The notes under the pieces: model-generated
Seen by the model: the letters and a program-made list of their open reading frames with translations, nothing else
What the model was told of the DNA's origin: nothing
Database searches by the model: none
Shown here: positions 1-13,030 of the stretch, one piece after another
Layout of the letters: each line of letters begins with the position of its first letter
Numbering within the stretch: position 1 is the stretch's first letter
Assembly: GCF_963853765.1 (NCBI RefSeq)
Contig: NC_088861.1
Location: forward strand, 3,224,001-3,288,000
DNA: 64,000 bases
DNA from: Magallana gigas
Taxonomy: Eukaryota
Direction of reading: 5' to 3'
Made by a program: the position numbers and the translations under genes

Positions 1-598
1 TAATTATGATCTATCTATGAATGAAGTTTGCATTTATAGTATCAGGCATTCGGTGAATTCTACTATTTGCGCACACATTACGATTCGCACTACTTTGTTA
101 ACTATGCAGTGACAGCTTTGTGTAAATTAAAAATTTCATATTTTGATGCATTTTTCTTGAGATTTAAACTTTTATACAGTGACATAATTATTCAATCATA
201 CTTAAATGCTTAAAAAAAATTAATGGGGAAGTACTCTAGCCTTGCCTACTATAAAAGTAAAGTTAAGTTACATGTGTATTCGAAAAACAACAAAACATTG
301 CAAATTAAACTATTTTATGCATGTTGTAGTTTCGGCATAACATTTAATTTAACTTATTTCATAATACTGATAGTTCATATCACATGCCAATCATTTCTTT
401 AAAAGGAGTACTTTATTTCTGTACTGTTTACCGACAACTTTACAATTACAGCGCCTTTGAACTTATGTGTGCATATGGCACGGAATCCCGATTCAGATAA
501 ACGTGAGCTACCCACGCACAGGAACCAAGCTAGCTCATGCGCAGGCTGGATTTTCCCCTTAGCATCCGGTTTAACCTCGCTTACATGTATATATTTTC

Positions 599-632
599 TG
601 CGTGGACCTCAGGGTCCACGCAAAAATCTTGT
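599..632 (+). mobile_element. Helitron-like 3' terminus (GC-rich hairpin followed by CTTGT)
   Basis: TGCGTGGACC-tcag-GGTCCACGCA 10-bp stem at 599-622, then AAAATCTTGT. Similarity to the second duplicate copy (16161 onward) begins immediately after it. Confidence 0.5.
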
Positions 633-970
633 ATAAAATGGAGAACAAATTATATGATTTCATCTTTAGAATCATTCATTCCTGCTGACTATAAATATAA
701 TAACAACTTACATATTTATTTAGTACATTGTATTAAAGACAACTTGTGAAAATTGAACATATTATACGTGTGTTTTAAAAAATATTATGATAGATCTAAT
801 ATATGTACATGTTTACATTATAGAATGAATACAGAAGCTATGAATAGTTTTGAAATTTCAATGCTTTGACTATCTACAATAAAATTAACTCAGTCAATGC
901 CACGTGATGAAATACTAACACTTAAAAACAATAACATTTTGTGCATTGTAAATTGTTTATTCTTTTAGGT

Positions 971-1275
971 TTACATTTTAAAGGGTCTTGCCTATGATAA
1001 CACTACGTTTCGATTTGCACTATATAACTCATAACTTCACATGACGCCAAATTGAGGCGTCAGCGGGGTTTGCTTATTTACATTTAAATATTAAATCGTA
1101 CGATGGCTTAAAATTATATAAATAGAAGTAATAAGGAATCAATCTTTGAATATTAGTAGGTATTAATTTCGGCCGGGGCGTGATCAAATCTATCATAAAG
1201 CCCTTCAGTCTTTATTGGATTCGATCACGCTCCGACCGAAATTATCACCTCATAATACTCAAAAAATGATTGTTA
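971..1275 (-). mobile_element. Non-autonomous element with a long terminal palindrome (copy A, inverted)
   Basis: Reverse complement of 1488-1790, with an imperfect palindrome at about 1130-1272. Absent from the equivalent site in duplicate copy 2. Confidence 0.7.
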
Positions 1276-1487
1276 AGGAATATAATTATATCAAATTTTG
1301 TACTTATATTGATAGAGAATGCAGGAAAGTACATGTACTGCTTTCTTTAAAATATAAAATGCATTGAAAAATTCAATTCAAGATATATAAATGTGAATTT
1401 GTTTTTGAATCGTTAATTGAAAGCTCTAGCAAACATGTACAAGTAGCTGCCAATAAAAGGAATATGTTTATGTGAGAATGATAACTA

Positions 1488-1790
1488 TATAAGGAATAAG
1501 GAATCATTCTTTGAGTATTATGAGGTGATAATTTTAGTCGGGGCGTGATCAAATTCAATAAAGCCCTAAGGGCTTTATGATAGATTTGATCACGCCCCGA
1601 CCGAAATTATCATCTCATTATATTCAAAGAATGATTCCTTATTACTTATATTTATATAATTTTAAGCCATCGTACGATTAAATATAAATAAGCAAACCTC
1701 GCTGGCGCCCCAATTTTTAGTTATGGGTTTTATAGTACAAAATCGATACGTAGTGTTATCACAGGCAATGACACTGGAAAATGTAAATAT
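1488..1790 (+). mobile_element. Non-autonomous element with a long terminal palindrome (copy B)
   Basis: About 149-bp palindrome at 1495-1643 centred on AAAGCCC-taa-GGGCTTT. Copy 2 has the empty site (gataactat|tttgcatatg). No clear target-site duplication. Confidence 0.75.
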
Positions 1791-1799
1791 ATGCATATA

Positions 1800-2802
1800 T
1801 GAGGGTCAATCAAAAAATACGAAGACAATGTGGCTGTCTATCACATATTTTTCATGTAAGTCAAACTAAACAGATTAATCTGTGCACCAACACTTATGTT
1901 ATTGATATGCAAAGTTTTAGTCCATTTCATTAAACGGTATTTTTGTTACCCCTTTTTAAAAACAACATGTTTTGTCAGATATACCCCTTCTTTATATCAC
2001 GCTTAGTCTTTTGTGCCTTTCTTCTTACAATTTAAAATGGCACTGAACCACTTAACATCTTATTTGCACACATTTGTTCGAGAATCATTAGTTAGTTCTT
2101 CAATTTTTTCATTTTCTAACCGTGTATCTCTTGGTTTACAGTAAAGATAACCCTGAACGTCGTTTGACATTACTTATTTTATGACCAAATATTTACAGAT
2201 ATTCTACTCTCTTTTGGACTGATTATATTCAAAATACAATTACCACCACCTCCACAAAATTTATTACAGTATAACGCAAACTTGCAAATAATTGTTGACT
2301 TATTTTTTGTACCATTGAGCATTTTCACAGCTTGAATCGGCTTTTTCCTGAGTTAAATCCATTCTGTTTGTACTTCTTGTTGCGCCGTGACGTCCGGCGA
2401 CGTCGATGTTTTTAGTCAATTCTAAAGAGGACTATATGTCTTTAGTTACTAATATCTGTTAGACAAAGCAATATATCCCCTCATTATTTTGTACATAGAA
2501 TAGCATGACTATACTTAATTTGAGGTTTAAATATTATTTGGTTTTAAGCCCCATTTATAGAGATATTATTTTCAACATTAAAATGTTTATTGTTGTCATA
2601 ACACAAATTTTGACCGTGCGCCATGACTTCATTTTTGCAAGATTAGATTCTAAATAATTCTTAGAAATAAAGGATTTTATTAACTTTTTTCTTGCAAATT
2701 GTTTGAAACTATTGCTAAATTATGTCTACCAAATTTAGTAATGATATGACTTTAAGTAAGATAGCTATGACAAAAGTCTTCGTATTTTTTTATTGACCCT
2801 CG
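1800..2802. mobile_element. Tc1/mariner-like non-autonomous DNA transposon (about 1.0 kb)
   Basis: Terminal inverted repeats (T/C)GAGGGTCAAT-AAAAAATACGAAGAC of about 27 bp, flanked by TA at 1798-1799 and 2803-2804. Empty site in copy 2 (gcatatgtttatatacaaat). No transposase ORF. Confidence 0.85.
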
Positions 2803-4509
2803 TATTTATATACAAATTTGGTATAAAATGTAAAACAGAAGAGGGCAAACTCATATAAAATTTTCTTCACCTACTGTTTTGATGCTGTGAGCTGACATAG
2901 TTTTTTTTTTTAAGTTTTATTACTTTTGATCTCATGCAGTATCTATCATATACACGAATGTAGATATTCTTACATGTTAGTATACATATACTTGTCACTG
3001 CATGAGGTGTATTGACAATAAGCAGTTATATATGAGGAACGTTTGCAGTAAATACAATTGTAATTAAATATTTTTAGTCGACATTATTTGGAAGTGCACA
3101 TCGCCCATTCTTTGATTTAATTAGCTTTAATGAATTGATTGATTTAAAATATATAGAACACAGAGTCTTTCCTAAAACACTTTAAAGAATTTACTCTTAA
3201 ACATTCACACGACGAATCGTTATATATGTACGCGTAGCAAAGATCTAGATCTGTTGCAAGACAGCACGATTTTCTCGGGTAAAAAATATCCATACATGCA
3301 CAGGTCAATTTAAAAGATCTAGTCGATTTAAAATAATCAATCGCAACTTATCGGGCCTTTCCAGCAGAACTCGGAAAATCATTTAACAGCTGGTTATAGG
3401 AAAGGCCAGGCGTGAAGTTGGGAAATTGTGAACAAATCCGGGCCAAAAAATTGTGGAAAACGGACATACATACTGATTAAGAAACCTGTATATCTACTGT
3501 AAAGAGGTATTTGATTCCTACTATTTCAGTTGTTCTCGTTAAGATATAATAAGTTGTGCCTATTTTATAAATACGCCATACTAATTCATCATTAGTTCAT
3601 AAACAAGGCTTTATTCTGTCGCGTTACTCTGGACCATCCAATAGGGCAATTGGGAGATTCTGATAGGGGGAGGGGGGGGGGGCAAATTGTTGTTGGCGTT
3701 TTAATTTACAGAAGTCCCTTTGAACTCTTATTTCAAAGTAGACTGTTTATGTCTAAATCGACTTTCTGCCTCTCTTCGAAAATGTATTGCGTGTTCTTAC
3801 CACAATGAACCACTATAATGCCAAACCTAATTAAGTCCTAGCAGTATTGTGAAGTTTAGTTTGTTATTTATGTAATGTCTCTAAAATTTTAATTATCGTA
3901 TTACGAAAATTAGGAGTATTGCTTCAAAATGATATATTGTACAGCTATACATAATCAAAGTACCATGTCGAATTAACAACAGCATGTTAAGGAAACCTGG
4001 GCAGGCGCTGTTTTAAATGATGTTCATTTATAAAGAAATAAAAGAGCCCTTTCATTGTATTTAGAGCACATGGAGAAAAAAGGGTTTTCAACACAGTTAT
4101 TTTTAACTTGTTTTGATTGTTCATACAAACACACTGTCGAACTGGTTTTCCTTTTAAAGGGTCAATGGTTGGCCTTTATAGATTTATGTAAACAATGCGG
4201 ACAGTGCATCAGTCTATTGATTGCAAAAAGGATTTGCTGCGTTCTTCGTTGTAAATGGAGTAAAATTTATTCTCGCATTGATCTTCGAAAAATAAACTTG
4301 TATCTGTATAAAACATTTGCTTTTCAATGAAAATGAATCAATTGGAAAAAATGTTCCTTAAGCACTTTACGTACTAATACTTACATTTGCAAATATGTTT
4401 CCTTATATGAACCTATAGAATAACGAAAAAAAGGTAAATTATGTGTGATCTTTTTAATTTCTGACTTTAGGGTAACATCTGATTTGTAAGAAGAGGTGCA
4501 GGACAAAAC

Positions 4510-5099
4510 ATGGACTTTCTGAGCGTGGCTTTGTATGTGTTGTCATGGATACTGTCCCTCATATTTCTGAGAGCAGGCTTGGTCAAAGTAACTAGTCGTT
4601 TATTTTCAAAGGACCATAAAGAAACGGTAAGTAAAAATAAAATTGTTAGAAATATATAATTAATAGGGCAATGATGAGGATAAAGTTGATGACTAATCAT
4701 AGTGTAATTGAAAATTAAAAACATTTATTGTAGTTGTAAAATTTGTAAAGAATGATTATTTAGTAGTAGTATTTTAATATCTAGAGACAAGAGTTTGCAC
4801 AATATGCTACTGTGTGCCCCACTATGTTATTCGGAATCACACCTTCACCAGATGGATACATGCTTTTGGTCGGAGTCATCGAGACACTTGCCTCTATCCT
4901 GCTTTTGGTGCCTTATACCGATTTGCATACTTGGATGTATTTAATATTCTGTGTCATGTTGGCGCTTTCAATTTACACACATGGTGTTTTAGAACAATAC
5001 TTCAAAATGGTCTATGATATATGTCTTTTCCTAGCATTTATAGTGTTATATAAAGTTGGACCTATAGCTTTAACAAACCAGGAAAACGATCTCGAATAA
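4510..5099 (+). CDS. TMEM35: TMEM35/DoxX-family small multi-pass membrane protein (TMEM35B-like), 143 aa; exons 4510-4626 and 4785-5099
   Basis: ATG 4510, GTAAGT donor, CTAG acceptor, phase 0. Protein MDFLSVALYVLSWILSLIFLRAGLVKVTSRLFSKDHKET/RQEFAQYATVCPTMLFGITPSPDGYMLLVGVIETLASILLLVP... matches from memory the TMEM35B pattern (G-x-x-K in TM1; F-x-Q-F/Y...P...FG...P-D...VG..E). Confidence 0.85.
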
Positions 5100-5933
5100 A
5101 TTATAATACTTGTGTGACTGCAACTCTGAAATTTTAAGTAACAGTTGATTACAAAGCGTTGTAAACGAACACTTTAAAAATCAATAAAGAAAACTTGTTC
5201 GATTTAAACATTATGATTCTACATTAATGTGCTGTTTTAATTTCGTTCATAATAGACATGTCAATCAATGTTGCCCCATTTGCACTTAGTAGAACTTACA
5301 TCTATTGTATGTGCAGGTTTTATTAAATGCAGTCTTGGGAACAATCTTTTTTACAGTTAAGCCACCGAAAGTGGCTTACATACACAGAGTTACTGTAACA
5401 AAACAATGCATATAGTAAAAACATATTTTATTGCATCGTATACTGTTTATTTTCATTAATTTTTTCGTTCAATGCGGAGCTTGTTTTTAATATTATGGAA
5501 CATTTATATAGAACACAATTATGAAAACTGCCTAACATTTTATGTGCGTGATACTACATGTAGATAAAGAATAAAATGAAAAGAATTCATTGTGGAATAC
5601 GTCTGACCATGACAAAAAGCATTCCCTTTCTCTCTGATTATCTTTCTGTTGCATTTCTGCCTATTTAATAAACTCTATAAGCTTAAATGGGGAAAATGAA
5701 TGTTTGCTGATGAAAATGTGTATTTTTTTTTTATCGTATCAAAGCTAATTAAGCCATTCTTGAAAAACATGTGAAATAAAGTAAAAATTATTAGTAATAT
5801 ACGGAGTATAAAAATCCTAAAATATAATATACTACATTGATAAAATGTTATATTCTACAAATATAATGTTAATTTTAAAAATTTTGATTATTCTCATGCA
5901 TCTCATTATCACAAATAAACTCATAAAGCTTAG

Positions 5934-8900
5934 TTAGTCCAGATCTGACGGTTCTGGTTCCGGTACATATATCTGGAAGTTGTCATAATCACTAAGAGTC
6001 CTGCATGGAGCCTTATCAGGCTCCGTCTCTTTAGCCTTATTAATGACGACAGCAACATTACTTTCATTTTTATGACGTACATGTAACGGTCGCCATTTCC
6101 CTTCTCGGACGTTCTCGCAAACAGGTGGCTGCGCTGTAATACATTCTTCATTGTCGATGTTAATGTCAATTATAGTATTAAGGACGTCCAATGCTTTAGC
6201 CTCGTTTGTACTTGCAAAAGTGGATTTTTCGATTATTTTTTCGTCCCGGTAAGTCCATTTTGGATCGTTTGTGGAGCCACTTTTACCTGGAATCAGTTCT
6301 TCATGACTTCCTCTAAGGTACTCGTCCGATTTGACTGACACACCGTCTCCTGACTTAGCGTCACCTGGCACATCTGCATGAGATGTTCTTCTCTTCTTCA
6401 GAATGGGAAATGAACGCATGATAAATTGCATGTTAAATATAAATAAAAGAGACATTTTGATGATATTTGCTTTAAATAAAACAAGTAAATGTATGTAGAG
6501 ACATATTTTAAAGTTACAAGATAAATTATCTTCATTTATGATCAAGTACATTCATGATTGAAGAATAATTATTAAGAATATCAATATGTAAAAGAAAAAA
6601 AGTATAATTTTTTTTTTTACTATCAATTTTTTCCCTTACCATAATCCAAGACACCAAAAAACAAAAATTGAGAAAACTGCACTGGAGTGGGATTGTAAGT
6701 TGTGTAATAGGTGATATTAAATAGAAAAAAACCTTTAGTTCTGTACTTACTGCTTTAGACTTCTTGCAGTAGTATACTGTTGCTATAACAACAAGGAAAA
6801 AAACCACACAGACAGATACCGCTGCAATGACTATTATTTCCGTTTCCGTTAGGCCTGTGGGTCCTACTTGTGATTTTCTGAGGTTGAAATCATTTTCATC
6901 ATCAACTATTTCTAATATAACAAAATCATAATTATAAATTTGGAGAATGAGAACAGCAATGAATAGAAATAAAGGGCAATGCTAGGCTCCGTTTTTTCTT
7001 TCAAGTTCATGTTACTATTCCGCAGTTTATTTTTACCTGTACAGTTTGTACCACTCTCCACCACCGTCCTGTTTTCAGTGCATGGTTCACATGTGACCTG
7101 ACCCGGAAGTGGTTGATAATGACCTTCAGGACAAGGGACACATTGAGAGGATACCATGTACATTCCGTGGGCACAGGGAACTAGTAAAACAAAAACGTCA
7201 TTTTGTTTCAATGAAACATTACTAAAATGCGGCAATTTTCTACTGCTATTAAATTACATACCACAATATACTTGGCTTGTCCTGTTCACCAGATATGTCC
7301 TGTTATTACAGCTATAGGACGGACTGCCATGACTGGCAGATACTTTGGTAACGTCGGATAACCCCGAGGTACAGTTGAGTCGAAAGTACGGCATGAGTAG
7401 GGAAGGAACGTTAAGAAATATCAGCGTGATATAGTCAAGACAAACCTCACGGACGTCAACGCTTTCTTCATAGAACGTAATCAATATTGTATTTGTTATC
7501 TGCAAAGAAAGCCCAATTATAACTTTAAAGAAGATCTTTTAAACCACTCTGTTTGATACTTTTATTTAACAATGCTATCGTTGATGATCTTACTTGAAAC
7601 GCGAGTGAAACTGATGTGATGTTTTCGATCTTCACACCCCCAGCGTTTATACCCAAATCCCCACAGTAGTCTGTGATGGTCTTCTGAAATAGGTCCTTGT
7701 TTCTTTCTGTGATTTCTCGGAAATCTTGAAGACAGGACAAAGCTACTTGGTCCACAGTGCTGTAAGTCGTGTAGAGGGCGCTTGTTGTAAAGGGAATATC
7801 GTATTCTGTAGAATGAAACGAGAACACATTACCTGTCGATTTTCTTTCTTTTGAATTACCAAATATTAAATTATTATACGAATACACCCGTTTTGTATTT
7901 TTTCTTTAAAGTGGTAAACTAAATATATCCTCCTCAGGGTTTAAGCAGTTTTTGGAAACATTCTATAATCATAATTTAAACAGTATTTATTTAGTATCTA
8001 GCAATTTAGCAATGCCCAGGTTTGGTTTTAATTTTCAATGGAGAATATTTATGAAGTAAAGTGACGGTTGTTCAGAATAAGGTTTTCATTGCGATACAAA
8101 TCAAAGACAGTAAAATTACAATTAGGTTCATACCCAGACAGAGTTTCCGGTTTGGAGTCAACACATCGCCCTCACACCTGTACTCTACAGACACCTCCCC
8201 CTCACCGGTGACGTATCCACTGCTGCACTCTACCGTACAGGTTTGGTTGTGTGCAGCGCACGTGTATTTTGAATTTGGAATGGCTGAGGAAAGTTGGTCC
8301 AAACCACACGGAATGGTGTAACCTTACAACATAGAAAAACGCATATTTTGGAACATAAAATTGTCCCTAAACCGACGCATATCTTCTGTTCCAACTGCAA
8401 ATTCAAGTTTCACAATTTTCTAAAACTATTTTGTCGAGTTTTACAATCCCTTAACTGGCAACAAGTCTGACTGTACTATAACAACTTATTAAATGACATT
8501 AAGGACTCTATGCCACTTTTTATATATTTTTTAACAATCTCGTAATACAATAATGTAATACTTATTTCATACGGGTGAGAACAGATGCCTGGGATAAATA
8601 TAAACGCTGCTCCCTCCTTTGTTTAATCAAACGTTTTTATTTAAAATATTTTTGGTACGAGTTTGCTGCGTTATTACATAAAGCAATGGCCTGGTTCCTT
8701 CAATGCAATTAATCAACAAGAGACTTACTTATACAACTCTTAAGAGGAGGAAACCATCCTTCTCCGCTGCAGTTATACACTGTAGAAAGTCCCCCGTCAT
8801 CTTGTATGTACCCACCCAAGCAGGTGGACATACACATTTGATTCTCAGAGGTACACGTTAAATCAATATTTTGGGTCTTCTGGGATAGGAAAGTAGAAAC

Positions 8901-11241
8901 ACACACCGAATCTGGAAAAGTTTGAAAGGAATTTCTTCAATTCCTTTTTTCTAACCTGTTTATTGTCAAACAGGAACATAAAACGAAAGAATGGATTTTT
9001 GTCTACATGTACCTAGACATTTAGTTCTGTCCCCTGTGACGTGTTTTCCGGTTGGACATACGTCACAGGTCAGCTGACCCAGAACTGCCTGATACGTTCC
9101 TTGGATGCAGGGCTTACATCGGGTCGAGTTTAGGTAATTTCCAGGAAAGCAATGAACTTAAAAAAATTCATATAAGGTTCAGTCATGAAATCAACATATA
9201 TTATTATACTTTCATGTTAAATACTGAAATCTGATTGGTTTAGACGCAGTTGATAATCCGTTCTATTACCCTCAGCGTTAGCAACACACTTAGCAACGGG
9301 TAACACAACGAATTGTTACATGCGCGTAAATTATGCGCGTACGGTTCGCCGTGGAATTCACGTCATTTCTATATAAAATCAGTAAAAAAAAATCTCTAAA
9401 ATTAATACATTCAGTATAATAAAATAAATAGTGCCTGTTTGGTCATTGACACCCCATCGAAAACCATTGTCAACCTCCGCTTCGCGTCGGTTGACAATGG
9501 TTTCCTCGGGGTGTCAATTTCAACTGTTACCCTCCCAAACAGGCACTGTTTATATACTAGTATACTATAGGATTGGTTCATGTAACATAAATAGCAATGA
9601 CCGTCCAGGAATTTCTTCAAGACTAAAATCACTTTGCATCACAATATGTAGGTTCGATGGGGATTCTTACCACATCGAACACCCCCTGAACTCGCCAACG
9701 GCTGTGAACCAAACATCTCGGTACAGTTGTACTCAAAGACGGCGCTCCTTGTCGTCTGCTTTTTTGTTACTGCGATGTGCGAAGCACCGCAGGAAATGAC
9801 GGAGAAAGGTTTCAGATAGTTCTGATTCCCGTTAGATATGATTTCAATCATATCCATGCAGATATCGCGGGATGTCTCGGTACCTTCTCCTGAGAATTTG
9901 ACGTGGAATACAACATTAACCTGTAAAAAGCAATATGACAACTTGTCATTTATTAATATGAAGTCACAAATATTTTCATTTCTAAAAGTTGGATCTTTGA
10001 AGGTTAGTACATATATATTTTACCTGAAAAGCCAAAGGTGAAAGTTCCAAATTTTCAATTGAAATAGATCCGGTCTCCAGCTCTCCGCATGTCGAACGAA
10101 TAGCATTCCGGAAGCTGCTGATACTCTCCCACATTCTGACGTTAAAACTGTAGAGACAGTTTCCGGCTGGCTGGTCCTCTGTCACATACACGATGGTAAA
10201 GTTTGTCGTCATCACTGGAGTCCTTGCAGCTGTCAACAACAAATATACAAATCTTGATAATCCAGCTTTCTTTGTAACATGTGCATGACGAAACGTGTTT
10301 CTTATAAAACATGTATCTTGAAATATGTGTATATTACTTTTCAAGTAAGTCAAACACATAACAACAAGTTTACTTGCAAATTGTCCCTGACAAAAACACC
10401 CCATTTTAACAGTTAACCCACGCCGACTCTAAATATTGTCATTGAGCTGGTTGACGGCTAATCGTTAATGTAAGGATTTGATTTTGTTCGGAATATTAAC
10501 TTGGTGTTAATATTTGATTTATTAGACCATATTTAACACAGCAACAATTAGTGAAAGCCTTACAAGTTCAAAACACTTTTTATGACAGTGTTAAATAGTT
10601 CCGTTCTTTATTGGGTTGGTTCTCCGAAATGTTGCCTTTTCAACATAAGATAAAGATCTGAAAATTTCACTTTTCGTGTACTTAAAAATCAATATTTCAA
10701 AAATAATTAGTCTGAGTAGTCTAGAACTAACGGATTAATAAATCACTCCTAATTAAGACTAATTGTATTACACCCCCCCCCCCCACACACACACACACAC
10801 ACACACACAAAACCAAAAAAAAATCCTTCAAATCATATCTGAATATTAAACGTACGCAGACACGTAACCGTGTTCGGGATCCATGAGGTACCGTTACAGA
10901 CGTGAATCGTCGTCTGACTTCCGTTTTCTAACACATGACCGGAAGTGCAGGTGGACTGACAAGAGGTAGTGTTTTGATAACAGTTTTCCTGGAGTGTTGC
11001 GTTGTAAAGATGCCTCGACAGCTCCTCATCATCACAGGCGTACACTGGTTGTTAAGGAAAAAAACCGAAAATGTCACAGTAGAGTTGCTTGTGTTTAATG
11101 GTGTTAACTTACTCTAATAAAATCTGCATATCATGAAAAAATTTCATTTTTTGCTCAAGAAGTTAATATCCCCTCCCCACAATTCTTACCTTCTGTCTTC
11201 ACAGTGACCAAACACAAAAGGAACACAACACAATTCCTCAT
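5934..11241 (-). CDS. Type I membrane protein, about 816 aa: signal, module M1 (Sushi-like, SEA-like, GCC), Sushi-like, module M3, TM, 153-aa tail. Exons 11241-11190, 11044-10856, 10229-10024, 9920-9671, 9156-9013, 8911-8729, 8322-8134, 7832-7594, 7499-7262, 7180-7037, 6905-6751, 6395-5934
   Basis: All 12 exons have GT-AG borders with compatible phases. Signal MRNCVVFLLCLVTVKTE; Sushi-like C...C...C..G..W...C exons; GCC repeats (CVPCPEGHYQPLPGQVTCEPC; CKPCIQGTYQAVLGQLTCDVC); TM IIVIAAVSVCVVFFLVVIATVYYC followed by KKSK. Domain names are from pattern recognition only. Confidence 0.85.
9195..9556 (+). mobile_element. Intronic non-autonomous element ending in an approximately 130-bp palindrome
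   Basis: Palindrome at 9424-9553 (GTGCCTGTTTGG...CCATTGTCAACC-tccgcttcgcgtc-GGTTGACAATGG...CCAAACAGGCAC). Shared with 26475-26836. Left boundary approximate. Confidence 0.6.
10771..10809. repeat. poly(C) plus (CA)n microsatellite
   Basis: Read directly; a shorter allele sits at about 28056-28088 in copy 2. Confidence 0.95.
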
Positions 11242-12126
11242 TCCACGCACACCCGGAAGGTAATTCGGTTATAATATGCACATTTGTTGATGCCAACATG
11301 GTTAAACTTGGTGTCTTCTACGAGACGGGAAAATATTGATAAGATAGGTCGTTACGTTAAATGTCTTACTCAATTACTATTGCGACTGAAAGCGATCAGG
11401 CGAAACCAATCCATGGGAGATCTAATCGGTGAAATAATACCCGTATTTAACTTGACAACTTAAATGAAAGCTTTCTGAAGAAGAAAAAAATGATCATGCT
11501 TTTGAGCATTGACTTCTAAGTATGTAAAATCTTTGCATTGGTAACAAATTTTCTCATTTTGCAATGTATCATTATATGAACAGTTGCAATAAAATGAAAG
11601 TTTATCGTTGTGCGCATCTAATGGCTTGAAATACATTTAAATTGCAGTGACAGAATTACTTCTAGATTTGTTTCGGCTGCGTTTTTTGATGTTTTAAAAA
11701 ATCAAATATTTTAAAAGCCTTTCAAATAGTAAGAAAAATTCCATTTTAAGGAGACTGAATGGCAAACACCTTGCCCGTCATTATTACCTTAAAGTAACTA
11801 TAGTTTCAGAGATGTATTCCTTAGCTAAAACATACTTTGTAAACAATGTAAATATTTTTCTATTTATTTAAACAGAGCTAGAGCTTCGTCTCGTGAGGTC
11901 AAACGAGGGTTCGTGAACCATACCATCATGATGGTATAATTTACACAACACCACAAAACAGTTTAAAATATACGGTGTATCTATTACTTATTTATGAATA
12001 TTTTTGTATGTAAAATATTATATTGGGAGAGGGCTAAATACGTTTTAGAACTTGTGCCCGATCCCATTGTAATCATTTTACAATAAAATAAGTTAAAACT
12101 AGACCAATGATTTGTTTTAAAAATAA

Positions 12127-13030
12127 TATAGTTTTCCCGCGTTTCGTAGAATAGCGGGAAAATGTTGTATGATATTAACGTGTTCGAATAGATTCGCGTA
12201 GGAATACAGGGCGGGGCCATAGGAAGGCCAGTATAAAAGGTCAGAGTTAATAGTAAAGGTCATTCTAGCCAGTTTCACTCAGCGCACGAAGCTTACATTC
12301 TTTTTTCGCGGGCACCATGGCGGCACCAAGTGACGAATTCTTACAAAGAGTTTCAGAAATCTAACACCAACCGAGGTTTACCTGTTTTATTGAAAGCGAG
12401 TGTCAAACGATTGACAACAAAATGACATTCTTGACCTCTGTTACGCAACCTTTATCAATGAGTTTTTGAATCTCAGAACAAACTACTTTCACATTGTCCC
12501 TAGCAGATTTATTGTTGTCTAAACACACACTTTTTGGAATAGATAGCTCTAATAAACTATTGTTTACAGATAACAATGCATGTAGTTCACTATGATTTAC
12601 AGATAACTCTAATTAAGTATTGTTTACAGATAACAATACACGTAGTTCACTATGATTTACAGATAACTCTAATTAACTATTGTTTACAGATAGCAATACA
12701 CGTAGTTCATTATGATTTACAGATAACTCTAATTAACTATTGTTTACAGATAACAATACATGTAGTTCATTATGATTTACAGATAACTCTGATTAACTAT
12801 TGTTTACAGATAACAATACATGTAGTTCACTATGATTTACAGATAACTCTAATTAACTATTGTTTACAGATAACAATACATGTAGTTCATTATGATTTAC
12901 AGGTAACTCTAATTAACTATTGTTTACAGATAACAATACATGTAGTTCATTATGATTTACAGATAACTCTGATTAACTATTGTTTACAGATAACAATACA
13001 TGTAGTTCACTATGATTTACAGATAACGCA
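12127..13030 (-). mobile_element. Probable Helitron/Helentron-type non-autonomous element carrying an internal tandem array
   Basis: Hairpin TTTTCCCGC-13nt-GCGGGAAAA (12132-12162) followed on the minus strand by CTATA. It coincides with the end of homology to copy 2 and contains the 60-bp array. Far boundary not defined. Confidence 0.45.
12551..13030. repeat. 60-bp tandem array, about 8 units, each with two TTTACAGATAAC sub-repeats
   Basis: Unit AATTAACTATTGTTTACAGATAACAATACATGTAGTTCACTATGATTTACAGATAACTCT recurs in phase every 60 bases. Confidence 0.95.

Larger units (their letters stand above)
633..12125 (+). repeat. Tandem segmental duplication, copy 1
   Basis: Colinear high similarity in exons, introns and intergenic DNA to 16161-32750, for example 633 ataaaatggagaa vs 16161 ataagatggagaa, and 12100 ctagaccaatga vs about 32729 ctaaaccaatga. 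Confidence 0.95.

Noticed and set aside
9431-9799. Plus-strand 122-aa ORF and minus ORFs 9411-9632 and 26695-27225 (C-terminal part)
   Set aside because: They run through the palindromic element or antisense to a real exon; only 9920-9671 and 27204-26955 are exonic.
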